A DNA stretch of 53,928 nt, the filler included, from Sphacelaria rigidula (taxonomy: Eukaryota): assembly GCA_964200075.2 (NCBI GenBank). It is 3 parts of 3 records of this genome, joined end to end, with 100 filler letters (N's around TTAATTAATTAA, not from the genome) between each part and the next. Parts side by side here need not be neighbours in the genome. Positions count along the whole stretch, not along the records: positions 18,015 to 35,921 come from CAXNAA020000965.1; positions 36,022 to 53,928 come from CAXNAA020000966.1; 1 more part is not named here. One strand, written 5' to 3'. Shown here piece by piece: positions 26,001 through 37,880 of the stretch (positions within the stretch are counted from its first letter, which is position 1; each line of letters opens with the position of its first letter). Under the pieces are notes generated by a model that had not been told where the DNA came from, did not search any database, and worked only from the letters and a program-made list of their open reading frames with translations. Position numbers and translations under genes: made by a program.

Positions 26001-28202
26001 AGAAACACAAAATACGTGACGGTGGGGAGCGAGATGTCAAGGGGCTAGCTACCCTGGTACTTCTCCGCGTGATCGGCGTCCGGTGCTGTAAGGAGCAAGT
26101 ATAAAAAAAGGGGCCATATGAGCTAGGTCATGATCCGGGCCAGTACACCAACAACAAGCAACGATCAGGGAGCTCATGAGCTATCCGAAGCATGCAAAAT
26201 TTGATATCCAAGTCCTCGTCTTATTCACAGGACAGAACACTACCTTGTATGAAGAGCGCGACGGAGGTCATCCGGTGTCCAGTACGTGTTCATGGTCTCA
26301 CCTTTCGCCCGTCGAAGTCTGCGTACATCACTGGGGTCCAACTCCGAGCATCAAGCATGACGGGATCGGCCCCCGCCTCCAGCAAGAACGATACCTGATG
26401 AAATGGGTGTACCCCAGCACCAAGGCCGTTCGAGAGTCGATTCCAACGATGTTCAAGACACGGGTAGAGTCCGAGTGCAAGTATTCTGACGGAGTCATAC
26501 TCCAGGTACTCTGAAGTATTCAGTACTTGGGAGGAGTCAACATTCCGGGTACTCGATGAAGTACACAGGACTTTCGGCAGCCCATACTACGGGGATTGGA
26601 GTACTCCAAGGGCGTGTGGAGTGGGGTCTTCCCAATATTTTGGTACCTTTTAAATGGGAGATACGTCCCATGCCCACAGCAGCAGCCAGCCTAGTGCTGT
26701 TGTCCCCCCCCTCTCTAAAGCCCATAAAAGTCATTGTGGCTGACTCAAGGCAGGTGATGAGCGACTTTTCAAAACACGACAATATCGGGTATACCCCCAA
26801 ACGCCCTTGGAGTACTCGGCACTTTCGGCGGTCGATATTCCCGGCATATTCTGGCTTATTCAGGGTTTCGAGGAGTTGGTACTCCAGAGTACTCAGTACT
26901 GGAAAATGCAAGGGGAAAACTGAGTAACAAACGGTACCATATCCTATCCAGACCGCATTTGGTCAACCTGGCCACAATATGGCCCCACGGTACGCAACAA
27001 CAAGAGCATGCTTCCATAACACAGGCTAGAACATTCCCGAAGTGGTTCCGCAGCGTCTATATTTTGGTACTCTTCGGGATAACCCATCAAGTGACTCATG
27101 TCGGAGTGCAATTTTACGATCACGAAGAACAAAGTTACACCACGAGACATGTCGATATGCTGATGAAGCGCACCATGTCCTTGTGAGAAACTGCGGCGGC
27201 AAGGTGAAGAGGAGACGCTCCGTTCAGGGTGTCCCTGCCATTGACCATCGCAAGTTCATCCCACGCCCTGTGGCCTATATGTTGTCGTTGATAAGTACAA
27301 ACACCGAGAACCCGCAGCGGATCGCAGCGCACGCGTGAAGAGGGAGAATCAACCATGGAAAATTCAAGCCAAGGATATCATATATATATATATATATATA
27401 TACTGATCATTGTGTGAGGATTAAAACACCTGTTTGCCCCATCAGCCGAGGAAACCGTCGGTTTGCCGAAATCTTCTCGATTCTGAGCAACTCCTTCGCC
27501 GAATCCACAGACCCTTCCGACACCCAGTGCAACGCATTCATTCCCTTGTCGTCCTGGGCTCTCAGCTCCCCCAGCTTTTGGCTTAGCGTGTCAAAGCGGC
27601 AGTTCATCAGAGTCTGAAGAACCTGTGAGGGATGACCACGACTCATCATGTACAGCAGGGAAGAGGGGGGCGCGCGCGGTGGGGGCGGGAGGGGGGGGGC
27701 GCAGTCATTTGTTTCATGCCCTAGTAATTTGACCATTGACCATGCATCCCTTTCGAGACGGAGCACCGTTCCTACTCCCAAGAGAGACACCACCAACATT
27801 TCGGCGCTCATTACATTTCTTCCATAAATTGCACAAAAGCAAAAGCCTTTCATAGATCTGTTCCCCAGTACGGTGCGAGAAACCGCCCTACTACTGTACC
27901 CCGATTATTCGGGCGCGCTGAGCACTTCCTTGGCTACACCGCGGAAGCCCTCTCCCCACTTCCTAGGCTATTGCAGTCCGACGTCCGCTGGCTTGCATGC
28001 GCAGGTACCACAACAGTCCCAACCTCACATATTCCGCTATCGCGTAGAACTGTTTTCGATCGTGAAGGTACTACTGCATCATGAATCATGAGCAGCGCCT
28101 GTATCCATACCCCTCCGCGAACGGACAAAAACCAAGGCACAAGACGGGAAAAAAGGGAACGAGGAGCAGCAGCGACAACAAGAACAAACATACAACAACA
28201 AT

Positions 28203-28263
<61 letters not shown>

Positions 28264-28284
28264 CACACACACAACAACACACAC

Positions 28285-28320
<36 letters not shown>

Positions 28321-31300
28321 GACGTGCGCCTGATTTACGGGCGAGATAACTATATATAATATCATCTGTATCGGAACTCCAAGACTTTACCATGAACGCA
28401 TGGCCAGAGACTGATAACGCAGCCGCTTTCTTTGCGCGTTTGCCAACCACCTACCCTTGTCGGTGCAGATAATGAGCGTGCTCAGATTGTTTTGCCCACT
28501 GCACAAGCTCTTCTCGTCGCCTCACCCTTTTCAAGCACTGGGGGGTTGGACTTCCGGCCGCCATCATCAGCGGAGTAGAGCCTTCTGAATTTCTGGCGGT
28601 GACCAGAGGGGTCTTTGGCATTTTCGCGCCCTCCTCTGCACTGATCCAAGGGGAAGTAGACGACTTGCTGAGCTCACGGCGCAAGATTATTTCCTGGAGA
28701 TTTGACGGACATTGTCAAAAAGTACGGCAGTGATGAAGAGTGTCGCGACATATCAGCGGCACCGTCGTCAGAGATGAACGACAGCAAGCGGAGTATGGCG
28801 ATCAAAGCGTTAATTCGTATGAAGTATGAAGGCACAAAGAGTGAGGTCGAACCCATAAAAATCGAAATGCACGAAGAGTGAAAGGGAACCTTCGAACTAT
28901 CAAAACACGGAAGAAATTTAGATCGCGAGGAGTACTGCCTGAAGCTGGCAACGTAGTGCACGTGAAAAAAGTAGAGATGTACTCTGCTCCGTCCACTCCG
29001 GATATCCGCTCCGTTTGAAAAAAAAATGAGCGGATCTTTTTTCTGAGGGGACATTGCGATGGAACTTGATCTGGCCATCAACGAGAACCCGCTCAAGTGG
29101 TGGGCGCTGAGTGCGCACAAGTACCCACTCATTACGCATGTCGCTCGGAACGCCCCCGCGGTTCCGCAATGGCCAGGTCCCTCAGGGCGAGTATCCTTGC
29201 GGAGTGGGTATACTTTGACGCAACGAAGAAACAGACTCAAGCCGGAACAGCTTGAGACGCCGATGTTTCTGAAGGGTTCTTGGGGAGCGGCCGAGAACTT
29301 TACTCGATCAGCACTCCATCGAGAAGAATCCGACAAAGTTGTTGCCACCAATACTTGGTCATGAGATCGTTAATTGTGTCCTCGCGGGAAGAGATGGAGC
29401 AGCCGATGCAGCTGGTCATAAAGCACATCACACGCGTGCTGTGGTTTGTAGTGATCTTTCGAAAGTTGGATGTCGAGGTCGGACTTAGTTTTTCCAGTTT
29501 GCCACGGAAGAAACGTTCACTCTTGCACATCGCTAGCACAATGGGGGATAACGACGACATTTTTTTTCTCTTCAATATTAATTTGATTTATGAATCTGAC
29601 TTGTGATACGTGGTCCAAAGCTCCACGACCCCTTTCAGACATGCCCAACATGCATGTGAGGAGAGTTGAGAAGTATCCATTACAGTACTCGCTTTCCTCG
29701 AAATCTGTCTGCAAATCGGACATCCGGATATCCGGATGTCCGCCACTTTTTTCACTCCGCGGATTAATCTGGATAAGGTTACCTAAAAAACGAAATCCGC
29801 TCCGTTTGAAAATTTCAAACGGAGCATATATCTAGAAACAAGGTAATCAAGCCGCACCTCGTTGAAAAAAGCCTCCGCGCACTCCTCGTGGCCCGCGGCG
29901 CATGCCAAATGGAGAGCGTTGTCTCCAGATGATGGCTCAGTGGCCAGCATAACTTTGGCTCGCAAGTTCACCGGGAGTACTTTCAATATTGCGACGAATG
30001 ACTCAGCATGCCCCGCCAATGCTGCTACATGCAGCGGGGTATAGCCTCTGTTGTCCTGTAGAAACGCAGTGAAAAATAATTAATAACAAAAAACGCCGGC
30101 GTTTGTGATCGGTTTGGAAGATCACACACTGGTATTTGAGCGGCCGAATTTTATGAAGCGGCAAAGGTTCAGTTTTCACAGTACAGAGTGACATATCTCG
30201 GGGTGTCGTCTTAGGTCACGCACCGAATCACCTTCAATAGTGGAGAACAAAAACAGGATGCAACACAAGACAGGATATAGTTCGAGTTTGTCATTGGGGA
30301 GACCGCCAACGGTTGTAGATTCATCCAACTACCAACTGGTGTCAGTATGGCTCTCATCTCGTGTGTATAGCAAGCTATATGTACAACAGCAAATGTCATT
30401 CATTGCTTGTGGATATATACACGTGGTCGTCTCGAGATACAACCCCAAGTTTTCTCATGCCGCGCAAAACATCATATGCTGATAATAATGGATTGGCGTA
30501 TCATTAGACAGTTGCCGCATTATTGTTAAGAGCCCAATCACTCGAGTAGGCTCTTGTTTCCTGTCTATCAACCCAACCGCGAACACGCACAATACCTTCA
30601 TCAAAGCCGCTCTCGCTGCAGTTTTTTCTCCCTTTAGCAACAATTCCACCTCACCAGCTCCATTGACAGCGGCGGCGTGATGAGCCGCCGTTCTCCCTTC
30701 ACCGTCTGCGGCCAATATGCTTTCACTACCCGCATTTCGCTTGAGCAATAAGCGCAACACGTTCAAGCGAGTCTCGCTGGCACCCCGTGGAGGTACTTTA
30801 GTCTCCACTTGTGACTCTCCCTCCCCTGGTGCTTTCGGTGATACAGCCACCATTGCTATTTCTGGTTCTCTTCCTTCATCCACGGCACTCTCACGCATTT
30901 CCTGCTGTTTGCCCCGTGCTCCTGCCCTCGCCATCTCATTTTCTCTGGCTGCTAGCAAATCCTCCACGGGTGAAGACATTAACTGGGTCGAACTCCTCTC
31001 CCCTATTTCGAAATAGCCAGTACAAACGTCGTCCACTGGGGTATCCTTGTCACATACTGCCGAGGCTTCATCAGCCATCATCGACGAGTCGTTGGCGAGC
31101 TCTGCCGAATCCATCGAATCAACCTCGATCATTCTCCAGTATCCGGCAGCGAGCATGACAAGAGTCAAGCCGCTCGGAAATGATGTCGGGATGCTCCCAC
31201 GGGTGTCACTTATTGCCCCTTGTTCGTCAATATGGTCCAATAAATCCAGGTCTAACGCTAGCAGCGGTGGCGGTTTTGCGTTCAGCAAGCGGCGTTCGCC

Positions 31301-34300
31301 GCTCGTGTCCCTTCTTGCTGCGTGAAAAACTTTTTCCAAACGGGATATGTCTCCAGTAGCAACCGCCTTCCACAAATCATGCAGAAGCGCCCCCCCCTGA
31401 TCATCAAAACAACCGATATCTTTTTGCGCCTTTCGAGGCACCGTACGTTTTGATATCGTCCCCGACGCTCCCCGTCCGCTGACCGCCATACCATTGGTGC
31501 GCGTTCGAGCCTGCTGTTTCCGTTTCTTTTCCATGTTCTTTCGATGCTTTGTGCCCTTTGGGTCGCACACCCGGCACCAGTGCTTCGTGACCACCCGTGG
31601 TACCTCACCCATTCCATCATCTGCACAACCGAAGTCACAGCAGACCGCGTGCTCCCAAATACCACAGTGATCTGAGCGACACTCCACCCACATGAAGCCG
31701 TCTGGTGCCTGAGTCGAAGCTCCCCTCTCCCTGCCACTTGGTCTACTGTCGACAGCAACGGAAACGGTACTGCCTGTTCCCCCCATCCCAACGACGCCTT
31801 GTCCTTCTCGCGTAGCCCCACACCTACACCGAAGCTCCTTCCACACATCCACCTTGCCCTCTGGGGCCGTAAACCCATCATCGCTCTCACTGCCTACGGC
31901 TTTTCCGTCGCTATCATCGCTTTCCCGTTCTTCGTTACCTTCACTGTCGGCATAACCCCAAAGTACAACGTGATCATCGTCTTCCGAGGACGACTGCATT
32001 TCTCTGACGAGGTTTCCCTTACGGATAAGGGGATGGATCCCACGTTGACTTCCTGCTACCCTCCGAGAACGTCGCACTTGATCTTCACGCCCGCCGTCAC
32101 AATGTACACCAGAGCCGGGTGACCATTTTCGAGCCGAAGAGTTCTGGGGTGACGTCACCGAAGATGTTCGCCGCTCAGGCGTCGGCGCACCAGCGTCGCG
32201 AGCCAACGACCTCACTGTGACCGCGCCACCTTTCTTCGTGCAGCGTAGGCAGATATGGGTTTTAGCCTCAAAAGCTTCCTCGTCTTGCGATGGATAGGCA
32301 CACCGCGAGTGCTCCCACATCCAGCAGTTGCGCCCGTCACAACGGATCCATTTTTCACCGTCTTCCCAGTCCTTAGCCCCGCATCGGCACTGCACGCGCT
32401 CGGCGCTGCTATCTGCTCTGTCGAAGTTCTCACCCTCGCTATCACTGTCTTCAAGAAAGCCTTCGTCGCTGGATGAGGCAGCCACCAAGCGCCGCAATCG
32501 AACCGGTCGATCACCTCTGCTTGGGTCGGGCTTAGCTTTGGTTTTAAATTGTTTGGCTGCTGCGGGTCGTGGCCTAGGACGTGCGTCGTCGTTTTCACTT
32601 GTCAAACGGATAGTTTGACCTTTTCCCTTCCCCATGCCTCTGGTGCTGACACGATCTCGTCCATGACCGCCGAGATCGACTTCAAATTCATCATTGTCAC
32701 TCCTTGTGCTGACTTCTGCCCTGAGAAAGGCTTCCTTGCCTTCAGCAGATTTCCTGCGGCGCGCGCTCCCCCCGTCGACCCATATTCCCCCACCCCTACT
32801 CGCCGTGCTACTTCCAACCGCAGGTGCTTGGAGTAGCTTCCGATGCTTTCTTCGAATACCCTCAGAGTAGGTGCTGTCCCCGCTACCACAGTCGTCGTTG
32901 CTGGCATCTGATGCCCCACTGTTTTTGGCTCCGTGCGTGACATGACTCCTCAGGACCCGTTTCTTTCCGCTGTCTAGCTGACCGACTTTGCGGCGTCGAC
33001 CCGCTCTCGAGGGGCTCGGAGAACTTGCTCTTGAAGCCGGTGGCTCACTGCGGAGGGGGCGGCGGCCTTCTCTTGCCTTGGCTACGCTGTCGGGAGCTGG
33101 TACCTTGTTGTTGACGTGCCCCTTCATATTTCCGCTGTCTCCACTGCTCCCAATGCTGCTGTTGTTGCCGTCGCTACCATCCCAACTCGAGGCAGACTGC
33201 TCTGCCGCCGCCGTGGTTCTGTGCCGACGCTGCTTCCGTGTTTTGTGCGGGAAGGACCATTTGACTAGCCGAGAACCACACCCGCTCCCGTCTTTACCTG
33301 TGATCGGATTGATCCATTCGACGCGGTCAACTACGTGATACCCTTCACAGACAACATTGTTGTATAATAGTCAACAGGAATGCTATCATACAGGTAGGTA
33401 TGCAATATTCATCCGAATGTTCTTGCGACTCACACACTCACCCGCAGGTGTGTCGGTGGCATGTTTCGTTAGCCCCTTCCTCACAGCAGACCGTGTCCTC
33501 TTGTTGCTGATATTTCGCGACGAACGAGAAGCTTCCGCCTTCCTTTGGCAATCATCACTGTCCACAAGATCCGAGGCATCTGTAGACGACATTTTATGGC
33601 CCTCGAAGGGGTGAGTGGATGGTGTTTCTCGGCTCTGCACCAGTGCACTTCAGTACCATACCCACTCATGAGCGATGCGGAGTGTTTCCCCAATGATTTT
33701 CGCCTGTTCATTCAGACCCGCAGCCAAAAGATGGAATGATCCTTGGCAATTAAGCTGATATCAGTATAAATAATCATTCATCTGATCTGGGGCACACCAC
33801 TTCAGACGGCAAGCTACAAATGCTCCCACACGCTGAATGAAACATGTAATCAACGTAAAAACTTGGTTAGGAAAAGTGTAAGCATCGGCATACAAGTGAA
33901 GCGGAAATAATCACAAGCAGACGGCAGAAATAAGTAGGCGACACTGTTGTGAGCTCAGTTTTCAGTCATCCTTTGTGGAAGCTTGAAACGGTCCATGAAA
34001 AAACTGTTCGATGCCTGAACGTGATTCTCGACTGGTCCATCACAGCTATTATATACTTCGAAGTATTTCCTTTACCAACGGGTCTTGCCATCTGCATATT
34101 ATCTAATATATCGATGACGGCACAAAACTGTCCCAGTAACTATCCTTTCTTGCACCGTTCATCCCGAGGCGGCGGCAAGGGCGGTCACAAGTGCAGTCAA
34201 CCCTGACCTTGATTTGTTCGTAAAAAGTGGCCATGCTTGTTCGAATGACAACAATGCGTTCAGGTACGTTCAAACACAGTATAACCTTCATCTTGTTCGT

Positions 34301-35050
34301 GTAAGAGGACACGGACAAGATCGCATTTCTTAGACGTTTTTTAACTCCCTTGGTGAACTGTCCCACCGCCGTTTTTGCTCTGTATTGCATCACTCTGTGT
34401 GTTTGTGCTACGTCACCCTGTTTGTTTTTTCGGTGAGGGCTTAGTGCGTTTATAATTGTCACGGTGGTAGAGGTCCAGTTGATTTCTGCTGATGCTGCCT
34501 GTTGTTGCCTTTGGTGGTCGCTCGAATATAGCATGTCATGTACCGTGGATTATGGGGTATAACACCCCCATCAATTTTCTCAACCTCAACATTCTCGACA
34601 ATTTCTCGACAATCTTGGCGGCCATGCCACGGAAAGTATTTCCTTGGAAGTATGTTGTTGACAATTTGGCCAAATCGAAGTTTCTCGTTGGTTCGGGGTT
34701 CCCTCATGAAAACCTGGGGTCGAAAATCGTCACAAGATATCGCTCTTGTTCGTTTCAAGTATCAATCTTTAACGCATAGCTGTCCTCGACCACGTTCGGC
34801 GCGCGATCCCAGCGACTCGGTACAACCCTCGCTGTTTTTAGGCGAGGTTTGCTGTTGTCCTCTTATGCCTTATTCCTGATGCTAGAGCTAGTTACCTATA
34901 GTGCACAGTGTATGGAAGCTATGCACAACGATTTGTCACAGCCTCTAGCATTCGTGTCCCCCCTGCCGCACCCTCCGCGCAGCAACAGCCGCGACAGCTC
35001 GAGAAATTTCGGTGCCTCTTTCCCGTTCGGCCGCATCGTGTCAACGAGGA
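20056..35050 (-). CDS. Large multi-exon protein with 2 PHD fingers, ankyrin repeats and a HECT N-lobe (putative E3 ubiquitin ligase). Confident exons: 30596-33342, 29858-30055, 28526-28693, 28391-28450, 27430-27622, 27174-27274, 26302-26394, 23937-24094, 22175-22417, 20892-21702, 20056-20153. Probable 5' exons at ~33442-35050. Start and end uncertain
   Basis: In-phase GT-AG chain. C4HC3 motifs at ~32240-32397 and ~31561-31830. Ankyrin motifs GRTAAHHAA, GYTPLHVAA, GDNALHLAC, GSTPLMMAA, GMNALHW, GASPLHLAA, LLEAGADP...WTPVMYA. Pre-HECT motif PKLLDFENKR. HECT motifs FEGEPGIGPGVTRE, AFEFIGIMIG and NPVVWKALL...DDLHLVDE. Confidence 0.85.
22858..23760. mobile_element. Tc1/mariner-type MITE (non-coding, ~900 bp) in an intron
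   Basis: Left TIR CAGTAGTCAGCGTCAGAAGT...GAATTCG versus right end CGAATTC...ACTTCTGATGCTGACTACTA; TA on both flanks. Confidence 0.8.
24745..25020 (-). mobile_element. tRNA-derived SINE, family B, copy 1 (head truncated)
   Basis: Colinear with 44455-44768 (GACGAGTCCGTGG; GATTGGGTCATGACTATCAGCAC; TTTCGACGGTGG.AATCAGAT). B-box-like GGTTCGATTC on the minus strand. Confidence 0.7.
25167..25925. mobile_element. Foldback/MITE with long (~200 bp) imperfect terminal inverted repeats
   Basis: Left arm CAAGGTTCGGACGA...GTGTGATTGATTCGTACCGTATGAATCAACCCTCAGG...CAGCGTTGCAACC...AAAAATTGCGC mirrors right arm GCGCAATTTTT...GGTTGCAACGCTG...CCTGAGGATTGATTCGTACGGTACGAATCAATCACAC...TCGTCCGACCCTTG. No clear TSD. 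Confidence 0.8.
26455..26930. repeat. AGTACT/GAGTACTC-rich repetitive element in an intron (probable non-autonomous DNA transposon)
   Basis: Many copies of the palindromic GAGTACTC/AGTACT motif clustered towards both ends. Confidence 0.5.
27700..27855 (-). mobile_element. 3' fragment of a LINE (same family as 19480-19745)
   Basis: Direct similarity to the reverse complement of 19600-19745. Confidence 0.6.
28192..28320. repeat. Compound (CAA)n/(CA)n microsatellite in an intron
   Basis: Long pure ACA tracts interrupted by CA dinucleotide runs. Confidence 0.95.
28972..29834 (+). mobile_element. Non-autonomous hAT transposon deletion derivative retaining the C-terminal dimerisation-domain coding region (29059-29364)
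   Basis: Ends TAGAGATG... and ...ATATATCTA; subterminal CGGATATCCG and GCTCCGTTTGAAA repeats; 8-bp TSD GAAAAAAG / GAAACAAG (7/8 match). The ORF NPLKWWALSAHKYPLITHVAR...RRNRLKPEQLE..MFLK matches the hAT dimerisation domain. Confidence 0.88.
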
Positions 35051-35922
35051 ATGACGATGTCATCATCACGTGACGTTGCTCCTGCCCGGACCAAACCAAT
35101 CCAATCGGCACTGCTGAACCTTGGGAAGGGACCGCAAGCGTCGGCGATGACCAGGCCTAGACGGCAATTGCATGGCGCCTGGGCAGTGGTGGGTGGGCCG
35201 GAAAGACGGCGGGTCGATATTCGGCGATGGGGGGAGGATAAGACTTCCTGCTTGTCGCGGCATAGATGGCTCTCATCGCACATGTGGGGGAATATCGACT
35301 CGACAACCCAGAAGGCAAGGGTTTGTGTTATTAGGAGTGCTGCTCTCGACCCTGCTGCTTCAGTGAGGAGACTTCAATCCACCACGGTACAGTTCCCTCT
35401 TTTTTTGGAATTTTCATGGGTACGGTACACCCACACCGATGCGTTCAGTCATACCAAGTAGTACCTACTTATTAATCCTTTTGAGGCTGAAGCTCAGTAA
35501 CAAGGGATTCACCATGTATTAGTAAAATAATAATAACCAAGTCTGGGAGCGACCTGCGCAATCACAGCGAGGCGAAGTTTATCGACCACATCCGAACGAC
35601 CCGTGGAAGGGGGCTGTCGCCGGGAGTGATGTCACTGCAACGTTGATGTACCCTGTCACTGGCCCACAAAAAAGCCTTCGAATCAAAAGAAAGCCCAAGT
35701 GGTCGGGGGTTGATTTCCTGTTTTTTCATCATTTCCTCGCAATTTATATTGGTCCGATCTCCCATCCCTCGATTTTTTGGGGTTACCATCCTAAAGTAAG
35801 ACCTAGTTGATTACACTAACACGTGGTGCTCGGAGGAAATTCGGGAATAAATGTACCCTACTATACATGTGGTCATGTTCACAAGGCGACTGAATCTGGC
35901 AACGCTGTGGGACGAGAGACGN

Positions 35923-36021
35923 NNNNNNNNNNNNNNNNNNNNNNNNNNNNNNNNNNNNNNNNNNNTTAATTAATTAANNNNNNNNNNNNNNNNNNNNNNN
36001 NNNNNNNNNNNNNNNNNNNNN
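35923..36021. other. Assembly gap with an artificial all-frame-stop linker
   Basis: N-run, TTAATTAATTAA, N-run. Confidence 0.95.
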
Positions 36022-36049
36022 ACGTCATTTTAGTATGGACCACTAACTT

Positions 36050-37195
36050 TTATTTATTCACTATTTTTGCATCTGCTTCGTTGGCGCTTCATCTTTCCTG
36101 CGAACCCAATTATGGGATGATCGGAAGAGTTTGGATGCACAAACGATTAAAAGCCCATAACGGACTTTACTTATGGGACAGAGGAAGTATTGCCAACTCA
36201 ATTTCCTCATGTCTCTGTTTGTTTCAAGTGAGCACATTCCCAACTCTGCTCTCAATGCTGTATTACTCATCGTTTTGTAGCATCCAAGTATCTTCTCAGC
36301 TGCTGCCATCTGCACTGTTTCCAACTTCCACACCAACGTCACGTTCCCCTCCCATACTTCTCCTGCATATTCCAGCTTTGGTACAATCACGTTCATCAGG
36401 ATACATCTGTTAATCCTAGTGCCTGGATGCGAGTCTTTTAGGATCACGCCCATCCCGCCTATCTGTGCCTTACCCTGTTCTATTACTTTATTTACGTGCA
36501 TCCCAAGAACAGTTTCTTGATATCTTTACACCAAGGTGTGTATACTGGTCTACGATCGGCATTTCCTCTTCTGCCCACTTCCATTTAAACTTCACCGCAT
36601 TTTTCTTATCTTTGCTACGGACGAGTGCCGCGCATTTGTTGACACAAAATCATCTGCAAACATCGAACTGATATCACATCTTCACCCACCTTGACTCCTT
36701 GATTTGCTGCTTCTATCGCAACTATCAGGTCATTAATGAATACCTTGAATAAAGTGGGTGATAACGTACATCCTTGTGCAGCTCCTTGTAAATTATCAAA
36801 ATATTTCGATATTTCCCCGTCTAGCATCATGGTACTTTTGGCACATTTTGTCATCTTCTTTACCATTCTACACATCTTTCCTCTGATCCCAGTTTCCCAT
36901 AATTTTTTCCACAGCCCATTTCCCCATGCTGTGTCATAAGCCTTTTGCACGTCCAAAAATAAACAGTATGTTGTCAGTCCGGCGTCCTTCCTACCTTGAA
37001 TGATCTTACCTAATGTGTACACATGGTCTACGCAACTACGGTTTGGTCTGAAACCTGCTTGCCCCTCGCTGATGTTTTCGTCTTTTTCTAGCATCGTTCC
37101 TACTCTATCATTCAGAATCTTACAGAATGCTTTCCCTACCGTGCTCAGTAGCGTTATCCCTCTATAATTTCCAGGGTCAGCCTCGTCTCCTTTTT
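36050..37195 (-). mobile_element. 5'-truncated, frameshifted non-LTR retrotransposon (LINE) reverse transcriptase
   Basis: KGD..DPGNYRGITLLSTVGK; QAGFRPNRSCVDHV; FLDVQKAYD; QGCTLSPTLF; frameshifted FADD; thumb region PKLEYAGEVW...KLETVQ...ALRAELG. Confidence 0.92.
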
Positions 37196-37880
37196 GCCCT
37201 AACCGGGGGGAGGGGGGAGGCATACCACTTTGGTTGAGACACAACACGCAATTTTCTAAAGGTCCAGATTTTGCGGGTGTTTGCGTGGGGGGATGAAGCA
37301 TTCTAAATCCAAGTAATTAGGCTGCTGGACGTCGTCACCCTTTCAAAATGGGGTTTGTTTGACGTGTTGAATGGCTGTTCCAGGAATCGGAGCAAGATTT
37401 CAAAGGACGTACACTGTTTTCGATATCAGTACGAGTTGACTGCGAGTCAGAAATATCGAACTGATGATGATGAAAAGACACCAATGTGCCGGCCACGTTT
37501 GGAATTTCTTGGAGAGTGCGCGGAATCTTGTACGGGGGGATATCTAGGTGGGAAATTATTTCAATAAACCAGTTGACCGTGCATGTTGGATAACATCTTC
37601 AGCGAATGCAGCGGCTCGCAGAGGCCTCCACATTGTTTCAATGATGATTTTTGGCCGGTGTGTGAAATGTTTCTATCCGACCGAAAAGGGGGCCATGGGT
37701 GAGGGGGGAGAGGGGATCTGTGGCCCCTAGACTGAGAGATACGCCACTCCTTACCTTATCCGGCTTCTGCTGTATGGGTTAGACCACCGGACGCGTGTAT
37801 TTTTTTTTCTCACGTTGACGGGGTATATTACATACGGTCTCTTGGTGATTAGGATAGCCGCATCTCATTTCTATTTATAG

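Noticed and set aside
27934..28450. Poly-Cys, poly-Leu, poly-Thr and poly-Val ORFs
   Set aside because: Translations of an intronic (CAA)n microsatellite.
20929..33338. Numerous plus-strand ORFs opposite the large minus-strand exons
   Set aside because: Antisense shadows of GC-rich coding sequence.
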